Below, in pieces: positions 9,543 to 17,702 of a stretch of 38,605 bases of DNA; positions within the stretch are counted from its first letter, which is position 1, and each line of letters begins with the position of its first letter. The stretch comes from Candidatus Barnesiella excrementipullorum (lineage in GTDB: Bacteria; Bacteroidota; Bacteroidia; Bacteroidales; Barnesiellaceae_A). Location: contig DXFB01000139.1 in assembly GCA_019114665.1 (NCBI GenBank), forward strand, positions 1-38,605, read 5' to 3'. The notes beneath the pieces were generated by a model that was not told the origin of the DNA, did not search any database, and worked only from the letters and a program-made list of their open reading frames with translations. The position numbers and the translations under genes are program-made.

Positions 9543-10873
9543 ACCGAGGAAACATCACCCGGCGAATTGCAGGAATCGCTGTTTGCGCTTTGGCCCTGAC
9601 GTTGACTCTGACAGCGCAAAACGTCGACGATTTGCGCAAGAACAAGGAGCGGGCCGAAACCCAACTGCGCGAAACCAATCGGGCGTTGCAGAAAAACCTC
9701 AAAAACGCCCGCAGCATCCTCAACGAACTCGACCTCATCAACGCCGAAATAAAAGACCGCAACAAGGTCATAAGGAGACTCAACAACGAAATATCGGCTC
9801 TCAACCGCAAACAGCGGGAGATGAACGACTCCATATACCTGCTGCAAAAAGAGCTCAATGCCAAGAAAGCATCCTACGCAAAGGCCATACAAGGCATGGG
9901 CCGACGCCGCACCGACTACGACGCCCTGATGTTTATCTTCTCGGCACAATCCCTCAACCAATCATACCGCCGCATGCGCTACCTGAAAGAGTACTCCCGG
10001 TGGCGCAAGCGCGAGGCTGCCGGCATCTTGGAGCAACAGCAAGAGCTGAAAAAGAAACAGCAGCGACTCAAAGAGATTGTCGAGGAGCGAAAACAGGTCG
10101 TGGCAGAACGTGCCGAAGAGGCCGACAAACTGAAACTGCAACAGAACGAAAAGCGACGCTTCGTATCGTCTCTGAAAAACAAAGAGAAATCGCTCCGCGC
10201 CGAGATGAAAAAACAACAGTCTCAAATAGACGCGCTCGACCGCAAGATAGAGGCTATCATCGCCGAGGAGGCCCGTAAGGCAGCCGAACGGGCCCGCGCC
10301 GAAGCCGAAGCCGAGGCCAGACGCCTCGCCGAACAGAAAGCCAAGGAGCAGGGCCTGCCACAAAACGGAGCAGAAAAGCCCAAAGAGACGAAACCCGATA
10401 CAAAACCCACCATACCCGAAGGGTACAAGATGCCGCGCGCCGACCGCGAGTTGTCGGGCAGCTTTGCCAAGAACAAAGGCAAGCTACCCTTCCCGGTGGC
10501 CGGCCACTATCGCATCGTAGGGCACTTCGGCCTGCACAAGCATCCCGAATTCAAGTATCTCGACAAGAACAACCTGGGAATAGACATAGAGACCTTGCCG
10601 GGCACCAAGGCAAGAGCCGTATTCAACGGCACGGTAGCCCGCGTATTCTCGTTTGGCGGTGCGACCAAAGCCCTCATGATACGACACGGCGAATACTACA
10701 CCGTATATACAGGCCTGATAGAGGTATATGTCAAAGCCGGCGACAAGATATCGGCTGGGCAAGATTTGGGCCTGATTTACAGCGACCCGCAAGACAATAA
10801 ACGCACCCGACTGTCGTTCCAAATAAGAAAAGAGTCGGAAAAACTCGACCCCGAACAATGGCTCAATCTATAA
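9539..10873 (+). CDS. EnvC-like murein hydrolase activator (coiled coil plus degenerate M23 domain)
   Basis: Signal peptide, long coiled coil, then NKGKLPFPV, NLGIDI and RHGEYYTVY. The M23 zinc histidines are absent (NLGID; RLSFQIR), as expected for EnvC. Confidence 0.85.
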   Translation: MNRGNITRRIAGIAVCALALTLTLTAQNVDDLRKNKERAETQLRETNRALQKNLKNARSILNELDLINAEIKDRNKVIRRLNNEISALNRKQREMNDSIYLLQKELNAKKASYAKAIQGMGRRRTDYDALMFIFSAQSLNQSYRRMRYLKEYSRWRKREAAGILEQQQELKKKQQRLKEIVEERKQVVAERAEEADKLKLQQNEKRRFVSSLKNKEKSLRAEMKKQQSQIDALDRKIEAIIAEEARKAAERARAEAEAEARRLAEQKAKEQGLPQNGAEKPKETKPDTKPTIPEGYKMPRADRELSGSFAKNKGKLPFPVAGHYRIVGHFGLHKHPEFKYLDKNNLGIDIETLPGTKARAVFNGTVARVFSFGGATKALMIRHGEYYTVYTGLIEVYVKAGDKISAGQDLGLIYSDPQDNKRTRLSFQIRKESEKLDPEQWLNL

Positions 10874-10879
10874 CACGCC

Positions 10880-11824
10880 ATGAACCAGTTGCTCACAGCG
10901 AAAATCTATGACCCGCAAGACAAAGCCGTGTGGGACGACCTTACGATGCGCTCGGCAGGAGGCACGTTCCTTTTCCTTCGCGACTACATGGAATACCATG
11001 CCAGTCGCTTCGACGACTATTCGCTGCTCTTTTACAGAAAAGGGGTGCCGATAGCCATCTTCCCGGCCAACCGCCAAGGAGATACCGTAATATCGCACGG
11101 CGGACTTACCTACGGCGGCATCGTTGCCGGCCCCGAAACCTCGACGGCACAAATCCTCGACATCTTCGATACGCTGACCGCTTTCCTGAGAGAGTCGGGC
11201 ATCCGCCACCTCGTCTATAAATGCGTGCCCTACATATACCAGCGCTACCCTCATGCAGGCGACCTCTATGCCCTCTACCGGGCAGGAGCCACCCGCATCG
11301 CATGCAACCTCTCCTCCACGATAGAACCGGCACGGCAACAGCCCTATGCCGAGCTACGCCGCCGAGGCATAAAGAAGGCCCTCCGTACCGGTGTGACCAT
11401 CGGCGAGAGCGACGACTATGCCCCATTCTGGGAAATTCTCTCGCATAACCTGCGAGAAAAATTCAACACCGCGCCGGTACACTCCCTCGAAGAGATAACC
11501 ATGCTGCACGCCCGTTTCCCGAACCAGATAAAGCTCTATACGGCAACCCTCCACAACACAACGGTTGCCGGCACTGTTATTTACGACACCGGCGAAGTAG
11601 CGCACGCACAATATATCTGCGCCTCGCCCGAGGGAAAACAAACAGGAGCCTTAGACCTGCTGTTTGCCCGGCTGATAGAGACAACCTACTCGGGACACCG
11701 CTACTTCGACTTCGGCATATCTACCGAACAAAACGGGACCTACCTCAACACCGGACTTTTATCGCAGAAAGAGGGTTTCGGCGCACGAGGCACTCTGTAT
11801 GAAATATACCGCGTAGATTTATGA
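10880..11824 (+). CDS. GNAT-superfamily (FemAB-like) acyltransferase
   Basis: GTFLFLRDYMEYH, SHGGLTYGG and YFDFGISTE..GLLSQKEGFGARG, a double-GNAT pattern seen in polysaccharide loci. Confidence 0.75.
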   Translation: MNQLLTAKIYDPQDKAVWDDLTMRSAGGTFLFLRDYMEYHASRFDDYSLLFYRKGVPIAIFPANRQGDTVISHGGLTYGGIVAGPETSTAQILDIFDTLTAFLRESGIRHLVYKCVPYIYQRYPHAGDLYALYRAGATRIACNLSSTIEPARQQPYAELRRRGIKKALRTGVTIGESDDYAPFWEILSHNLREKFNTAPVHSLEEITMLHARFPNQIKLYTATLHNTTVAGTVIYDTGEVAHAQYICASPEGKQTGALDLLFARLIETTYSGHRYFDFGISTEQNGTYLNTGLLSQKEGFGARGTLYEIYRVDL

Positions 11825-13275
11825 CTCGCGACAACGACAACAACATATACCGGCTCATCACCCGTGCCGCAGCCCTCTTTGGCGGCGCACAGGTAGCCAG
11901 CATATTGTGCTCGGTCATACGCACGAAACTCATTGCCGTATGGTTGGGCAGTACCGGTGTGGGTATCATCGGCCTATACAATACAGCCATAGAGACGATT
12001 ACCGCACTCACCGGACTGGGCATCCGCAGCAGCTCGGTACGCGAAATATCGGAGGCCGAAGCCTCGGGCAACCGGCACAAGCTCGCGCATGTAGCGACTG
12101 TCGTAAAACGATGGTCGTGGTTTGTAGGGCTCTTAGGGGCGGTGGTCATGATCTCCTTAGCCCCGCTGCTGAGCCGCTGGACTTTCGGCGACGACGAGCA
12201 TATATGGGGCTTCGTATGGCTCTCATGCACACTGCTATTCAACGCCCTGCTATCGGGAGAGCAGGCTATATTACAAGGTACGCGGCAATTGCGCAAGTTG
12301 GCCAAATGCTCGGTCTACGGGGCTGTCGCCGCATTGGTAACATCCGTCCCGCTCTACTATTTCGGCGGGATAGAGGGAATCGTACCCGCTCTTATCGTAT
12401 ATACCGCCGTCACATGCCTCGTGACGCTGCTCTACCGCAACAAAGAAATCCCGGCTGCCAACCTGACGCTGCGGCAAACAGCCCATAGCGGCAAGGAGAT
12501 GGTAGTGCTGGGTATCTTCATGACCGTAAGCAGTTTCATCACTACACTTTTTGCCTACATCTTCTCGGCATACCTCAACTATAAAAGCGGCGAGAGTGCC
12601 GTGGGATACTATCAGGCCGGCTTCACCCTGATGAACAAATACGTGGGCCTCATCTTCGCCGCCATGGCGATGGAATACTATCCCCGTCTTGCAGGCGTAT
12701 GCCATGATACGCCGCTCATGTCGCGATACGTAGGGCAGCAAAACGAAATGATGCAATTGATGTTGCTGCCCATCATGGCTTTGTTTATCGTATTGCACCC
12801 GTTCATGGTACGCATCCTTTACACGGCCGAGTTTTATGCCATCAACGACTATCTGTTGTTGGCCATACAGGGTATACCCTACAAAGCCATATCGTGGTCT
12901 ATCGGATTTGTTCTTCTTGCCAAAGGTGACGGCAAACTGTATTTCATAACCGAGCTGCTCTCGGACTCTATCACCTTCACTCTCAACATCGTCGGATATG
13001 AATATTTCGGATTACAAGGCGTAGGCGCCTCTTATACGATAGGGTTTATACTATATCTGATAATCATCTATGTCGCATGCCGGCGCAAATACGGCATAGA
13101 GCCGGGGCGTAAGTCTTGGAAAGCCACCGCAACAACAATAGTGGCTACAACCGCCATATATGTTGCCTATATCTTGCTGCCACTGCTTGCTTGGATACTT
13201 ACAGGTATCATCGTGGCTCTCTCGTGCGTCATGTTATATCGCAAGTGGAAGAATCCGGCCGCCGAGGCTCAGTGA
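11821..13275 (+). CDS. wzx: O-antigen/oligosaccharide flippase (Wzx, MOP superfamily)
   Basis: About 12-13 hydrophobic segments, IRTKLIAVWLGSTGVGIIG, VGYYQAG and YYPRLA. ATGA overlap with the GNAT gene. Confidence 0.85.
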   Translation: MTRDNDNNIYRLITRAAALFGGAQVASILCSVIRTKLIAVWLGSTGVGIIGLYNTAIETITALTGLGIRSSSVREISEAEASGNRHKLAHVATVVKRWSWFVGLLGAVVMISLAPLLSRWTFGDDEHIWGFVWLSCTLLFNALLSGEQAILQGTRQLRKLAKCSVYGAVAALVTSVPLYYFGGIEGIVPALIVYTAVTCLVTLLYRNKEIPAANLTLRQTAHSGKEMVVLGIFMTVSSFITTLFAYIFSAYLNYKSGESAVGYYQAGFTLMNKYVGLIFAAMAMEYYPRLAGVCHDTPLMSRYVGQQNEMMQLMLLPIMALFIVLHPFMVRILYTAEFYAINDYLLLAIQGIPYKAISWSIGFVLLAKGDGKLYFITELLSDSITFTLNIVGYEYFGLQGVGASYTIGFILYLIIIYVACRRKYGIEPGRKSWKATATTIVATTAIYVAYILLPLLAWILTGIIVALSCVMLYRKWKNPAAEAQ

Positions 13276-14368
13276 CGGTTCCAAAAGTCGATATACTGTG
13301 CTGCCACCCTCTTGTAGTATGATACCGCTCAACGAAAGCCCGGCTTTTCCGAGCCATCTCGGGCAGCTCTGCACGGTGCAGCACAAGCCCCTCTAACACC
13401 CGGTAGATGGCATCCGGGTCGGGCAGCACATTGACAATCGGACGCAAATCGTCATCGCCTATGAAATCATAAAATTCGGGCTCGGCGCCACTCACGGCAA
13501 CAAGGCCCTTGGCCATGGCAAGCAGGGCATTGGTAGCCGGCGTATAAGAGTAGAGTTGGTCTATCAGCACATCCGACTCATACATCATGCGGTTATACTC
13601 CTTATAAGGCACACTCTCTACCGCCGTCACCTCACACTCGTGCTTATAGTTGCGCTTCACCTCCTGCAATACTTCATACAGGAGGTCAGTCCCTTTCAGC
13701 TCCGTACGGTCGCGCTGTATGCCTATAAAGAAACGCAGCGTATCCACGCGCTCGGGCAACTGCCGCATCGGACTTTCGTCGAGATTGATAGGGATAGGTA
13801 TATACTCCAACTTAGAAGCATAATCGCCGCGATACGACACATAGTATTCATAGAGGCAGGCCGCTATACCGTCGCACTCCTGCGCCATAGCAATATTAGG
13901 CTCTTTATTAGGCCCGTTCAGATAGGCATCGCGCTCCCTGTTATATCCGGGACGTTGCAAAGGCTTGTCGCCTACGAAGAAATCGGAGTAGCGAAACGTA
14001 TGACCGTCGAAACAAGCCTTTACATAGTAGTGGTCGGTCGAGAGGGCTTGCAGGAACACCTTTTCATTCTGACGTTTCAACTGACGGAAGATATAGAGAT
14101 TTTTTTCAGGGCGCAATGTAAAGAATACAGGGCTTGCCACCTGCACCACATCATATCCTCTCCACGCCGGCAGATGGGCAAGAATCTTCGACAGATATAT
14201 CATAGAATCTACCGCACCGTACCCCTTGCGGCTTATATCCACGTCACGGTTGTTATTCATCCACCGGCTACCGTTCGATACGACAGTAACCTCATGCCCC
14301 ATCAGGCGCAGGCCTTGCGCCAGCGTCCAATGGAAATTACTGGCATCGCCTATCAAGAGAATCTTCAT
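13229..14368 (-). CDS. Glycosyltransferase (GT-B fold, GT4-like), last ~17 codons probably frameshifted
   Basis: MKILLIGDASNFH N-terminus, KGTD, and DVLIDQLYSYTPATNALLAMAKG. See the finding on the apparent 1-nt deletion at 13318/13319. Confidence 0.85.
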   Translation of the reverse strand: MKILLIGDASNFHWTLAQGLRLMGHEVTVVSNGSRWMNNNRDVDISRKGYGAVDSMIYLSKILAHLPAWRGYDVVQVASPVFFTLRPEKNLYIFRQLKRQNEKVFLQALSTDHYYVKACFDGHTFRYSDFFVGDKPLQRPGYNRERDAYLNGPNKEPNIAMAQECDGIAACLYEYYVSYRGDYASKLEYIPIPINLDESPMRQLPERVDTLRFFIGIQRDRTELKGTDLLYEVLQEVKRNYKHECEVTAVESVPYKEYNRMMYESDVLIDQLYSYTPATNALLAMAKGLVAVSGAEPEFYDFIGDDDLRPIVNVLPDPDAIYRVLEGLVLHRAELPEMARKSRAFVERYHTTRGWQHSISTFGTVTEPRRPDSSTCDIT

Positions 14369-15176
14369 GCGAAATCTTCTTTTTGTAATATAAAATACCG
14401 CTGCAAGCGGCCGAGAGGAGAACGAAGAAATTTCCTTTCCGTTTCAAAGCCCCTACGGCGGCAAATTTCAACATACGCGGCCACGCACCCCATCCATGTA
14501 CATAATAGTTGACGGCACCTTGCGCCATCATCACCCGCCTGTCGGTATAAACCCGCTGTCCCGTACTATCACCCGGGACACTGGCAACGACATACGGGAA
14601 ATACCACACGGAAAGACCGGCCTGCACGGCGTCGTGCAGAAAAACATCCTCTTCTCCGCAAGGCAGGCACTCCGAGCCCAGGCCGAACAGCTCGTTAAAG
14701 AAAAGTTTCCCTTTGACGGCCGCCACCCGCAGGGTCAGCTCGGGCGAGGTGGGATACATGCCACGCGGACGTTTTTCGTACGGGTGCGCGTAAGCCGCAT
14801 AGGGCTTCACCGGCGCAGCATCCAACGGCTCTATCCTCAACTGTGCCATATCCACCTCTGGATGCTCGGTGTAGATGCGGAGTACCGTATCGAAATAAGA
14901 GGGGCGATAGCGGCAATCATCGTCGGCTATCAACGCCACATCGCCGTCGGCAAAGGCAAGAGCATTGTTTCTATTGCGCGACAGCCCTCGCCCCGGCAGG
15001 AAATGGAGGCTCACATCCTTGCGGTCACGAAGCGAGCCGGGGACTCTCTGCAACCAGCTCTCGTCGGTATATTGCATCGACACGACATACGACACATCGT
15101 CGCGCGGCGGCAACAACATGGCAGGGATACGCTCTATACCCTTATCGCAGGTACATATCAGTACATTGAGTTTCAT
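14337..15176 (-). CDS. Glycosyltransferase family 2-like (GT-A)
   Basis: Starts MKLNVLICT at 15176 (the longer ORF overlaps the opposite gene). GLSRNRNNAL, IADDD (DxD) and GEEDVFL motifs. Confidence 0.85.
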   Translation of the reverse strand: MKLNVLICTCDKGIERIPAMLLPPRDDVSYVVSMQYTDESWLQRVPGSLRDRKDVSLHFLPGRGLSRNRNNALAFADGDVALIADDDCRYRPSYFDTVLRIYTEHPEVDMAQLRIEPLDAAPVKPYAAYAHPYEKRPRGMYPTSPELTLRVAAVKGKLFFNELFGLGSECLPCGEEDVFLHDAVQAGLSVWYFPYVVASVPGDSTGQRVYTDRRVMMAQGAVNYYVHGWGAWPRMLKFAAVGALKRKGNFFVLLSAACSGILYYKKKISHEDSLDRRCQ

Positions 15177-15197
15177 CTGTCGCGATAATATGATATG

Positions 15198-15205
15198 CAA
15201 ATATA
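15198..15205 (-). promoter_or_regulatory. -7 promoter box (TATATTTG) for the minus-strand glycosyltransferases
   Basis: TAnnTTTG match about 22 nt upstream of the ATG at 15176. Confidence 0.55.
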
Positions 15206-15248
15206 ACATTTCCATCCCACAACCCGACCTTGCCAATCTCTTTATTTG

Positions 15249-15256
15249 TACCTTTG
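15249..15256 (+). promoter_or_regulatory. -7 promoter box (TACCTTTG) for the plus-strand GT2
   Basis: TAnnTTTG match ending 4 nt before the ATG at 15261. Confidence 0.55.
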
Positions 15257-15260
15257 CGAT

Positions 15261-16226
15261 ATGAGCGAAACCATGAGCATCGTCATACCGGTCTACAACA
15301 GGGCAAAGGAGCTGCCCCGTACCGTAGCATCCATTATCGCACAGCATTACCGGCCTATTCACCTTATCTTGGTCGATAACGGCTCTACCGATAACAGCCT
15401 CGACGTATGCCTCCGGCTGCAACGGAAATACAGCCAGGAGCTTTTTACCATCGACGTGCTGCAAGAGAGTAAAAAGGGGGCCTCGGCAGCCCGGAACAAA
15501 GGTCTTGCTCATGTAAAGACACGACATGTCATGTTCTTCGACAGCGACGACACGTTACACCCCGATGCCGTCACGCTCTATATGGAGGCCTTCTCTATCC
15601 ATCCCGAAACAGATATTGTAGGTTGTACCATCAACTTCTGCGACGAGCATCACAAGGTGTGGCAGGCCAAGGCGGTATTCTCGGCCGACCCCGTCCAGCA
15701 TCTGTTGCACAGCACCCTGTCGACCCAACGCTTTGCAGTACGCACCCAAGTGGTGCGAGCCGTAGGCGGCTGGGAGGAGGAGTACAACGGATGGGTCGAT
15801 TGGAACCTCGGTGTAAGGCTATTGTTACACACCTCTAAGATTCATTGGATAAAACGCCCGCCGCTTGCCACCCAGTACCTCCACGACGATACCATCACCG
15901 CCAGGAAAGACCGCCGGGGCTTAGAACAATTCCATCGGGCTCTGCTTGCCACTCGCCGCGACATACGAGCCTCACAACATCCGCAACAGAAGCGTTACGA
16001 ACGTTTTGTCGTCTATCGTCAAGTACTTTTGGCCGCACACGTAATGAAACTGTCGCGCCGGCAACACGACAACGAGTTAGAGCAATACGGGCGGCAACTC
16101 TATCGCGACGCCCTCTACGACGTCACCACCACTCCGCTGCTCAGGATTTTTTATGCCGCCTGTTTCCACTTCACGCTCCGGGGCGGCCGCGGCACCGGCC
16201 TGGCGGCACAATATATCATCCGCTAA
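15261..16226 (+). CDS. Glycosyltransferase family 2
   Basis: SIVIPVYNR, LVDNGSTD, GASAARNKGL and FFDSDD. An alternative start is Met5 at 15273. Confidence 0.9.
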   Translation: MSETMSIVIPVYNRAKELPRTVASIIAQHYRPIHLILVDNGSTDNSLDVCLRLQRKYSQELFTIDVLQESKKGASAARNKGLAHVKTRHVMFFDSDDTLHPDAVTLYMEAFSIHPETDIVGCTINFCDEHHKVWQAKAVFSADPVQHLLHSTLSTQRFAVRTQVVRAVGGWEEEYNGWVDWNLGVRLLLHTSKIHWIKRPPLATQYLHDDTITARKDRRGLEQFHRALLATRRDIRASQHPQQKRYERFVVYRQVLLAAHVMKLSRRQHDNELEQYGRQLYRDALYDVTTTPLLRIFYAACFHFTLRGGRGTGLAAQYIIR

Positions 16227-16251
16227 TCCCTACTCCCTCCCTGTGCGGCGC

Positions 16252-17334
16252 TCACTCTTCGGGCGTCGACAACTGCAAGTCATCCAACAGATTGACAAAC
16301 ATCTCTATCGCCTCCCGCACATCGGCAAGGCGTATAAACTCATCGCCCGCAACCGGCTCGGGCTCACCGGGACCGATACCTACCGACGGACAATCGATAT
16401 ATGCCCTGTCGCTCCTTGCCGACGAGCCGAACGGCTCACAACCCAGCAACTCGGCACGGCGTACAAACGGATGTTGCATATCTATATGCGAAGCCTCTGC
16501 CGCTCCGGGCATCGGGGTCATCTCACACGGCAACGCAGCTTGCAGCAACGACAATATCTCATCATTGGTATAGCAATCGTTGGCTCGCACCTCTATCATA
16601 AACCGGCAACTATCGGGTACCATACCCTCATCGGCAGCCGCTTCTATCGATGCGGCGGTAAACTTTACCTCTCCCAACGTTACCGACAACCTCTCCAAAT
16701 GGAAATCCTGCAAAGCTGCCAGCGCAGGAAGAGCCTTGTATATGGCATTCACGCCATCACCCTTGGCAACACTACCGGCCTTTCCCCTCACCTCACAACC
16801 GAGCCTCATATACCCACACTCCGATACGGCCGGCCGCATATCTGTGGGCTGCCCCACAACGGCAAAATCGGGCTTGGGCAGGTGTTGCCATACAGAGTCG
16901 AGCTCTTCGACATCTGCCTCATCCTCCTTGCACGAGACCCAGAAAATCATATTATAGGGCTGCGGCGTACCCGACAACAGCCTGAAAGCCGCCCACAACG
17001 ATACAGCCGAAGCACCGAAACGGTTGATACCTATACCATAAAGGCAGCACTCATCCTCAACCGGCTCATACGGGTCGCGGCTCCACCCTCCGGCAGGCAA
17101 CGACATATCGATACCCACTTCCAGCAGCAACGTAGGAAGCGACTCGTCATAGGCTGCCGCGACAGCCCACACCTGATTTCCCTCGCGATGGGTCTCGTAA
17201 CCGTCTTGCTGCAACTGCGACTCCCACAAGTCGGCAACGGCACGTCTTTCGCATCGGGGAGCCAGTGCCCGCACCTGTCGCTGCAACAACTCTATGGCGG
17301 CATAGTATATCTCATCTTTCCTGTCATCGGTCAT
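16252..17334 (-). CDS. M20/ArgE (acetylornithine deacetylase)-like protein lacking catalytic metal ligands
   Basis: The M20 scaffold is recognisable (PTLLL..ID, GW.RDP..P, LYG.G, AVVGQPT, VNAIYK, VPDSCRF, SD, GIGPG, DEFI), but the H/D/E/H ligands are substituted. The start is placed at MTDDRK (17334). Confidence 0.8.
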   Translation of the reverse strand: MTDDRKDEIYYAAIELLQRQVRALAPRCERRAVADLWESQLQQDGYETHREGNQVWAVAAAYDESLPTLLLEVGIDMSLPAGGWSRDPYEPVEDECCLYGIGINRFGASAVSLWAAFRLLSGTPQPYNMIFWVSCKEDEADVEELDSVWQHLPKPDFAVVGQPTDMRPAVSECGYMRLGCEVRGKAGSVAKGDGVNAIYKALPALAALQDFHLERLSVTLGEVKFTAASIEAAADEGMVPDSCRFMIEVRANDCYTNDEILSLLQAALPCEMTPMPGAAEASHIDMQHPFVRRAELLGCEPFGSSARSDRAYIDCPSVGIGPGEPEPVAGDEFIRLADVREAIEMFVNLLDDLQLSTPEE

Positions 17335-17364
17335 AACGGTGATGAATTTTAGTGTTCCACAAAA

Positions 17365-17372
17365 CAAACTTA
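17365..17372 (-). promoter_or_regulatory. -7 promoter box (TAAGTTTG) for the M20-like gene
   Basis: TAnnTTTG match about 30 nt upstream of the ATG at 17334, which supports that start. Confidence 0.5.
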
Positions 17373-17600
17373 CAACAAATAATTCAGAAAAAGAAGATGT
17401 TGCCCCTTTTATTCCATATTTATCCCTCCCCATCATGCCATCCATCATATTTTCCATACAACAGAGAGCCTCCGGAGAATAGGCTCCCCCCTGCATAAAA
17501 ACAACAACATTTGCCTCGCTATCGGAGGTCGCAAGCGCATATCGACAAGAGAAGATGGGTATTCGCGGCTCTTTCGCTCTATTTTTTGCCGCAAACATAG

Positions 17601-17619
17601 TATCTTTGTAGCAAAGATA
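17601..17619. promoter_or_regulatory. Inverted repeat TATCTTTG-tag-CAAAGATA, two face-to-face -7 boxes
   Basis: Perfect 8-bp inverted repeat in which each arm is a TAnnTTTG consensus. Confidence 0.5.
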
Positions 17620-17702
17620 ACACAAGCAGGAGTACAACCCGCATACAACGGTGCAGACTCTACACCGCAACGCGGCCTGCCTCAAATAAAAGGAACGAAC
17701 CG

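Noticed and set aside
10560-10850. Missing zinc ligands in the M23 domain as a novel pseudoenzyme
   Set aside because: A degenerate M23 site is the known, expected state of EnvC-type amidase activators.
15177-15527. N-terminal extension of the minus-strand GT2 ORF
   Set aside because: It overlaps the divergent GT2 gene and its promoter. The GT-A first strand starts at MKLNVLICT (15176).
17335-17685. N-terminal extension of the M20-like ORF to 477 aa
   Set aside because: The extension has no protein-like character and crosses promoter boxes. M20 similarity begins at Met 17334.
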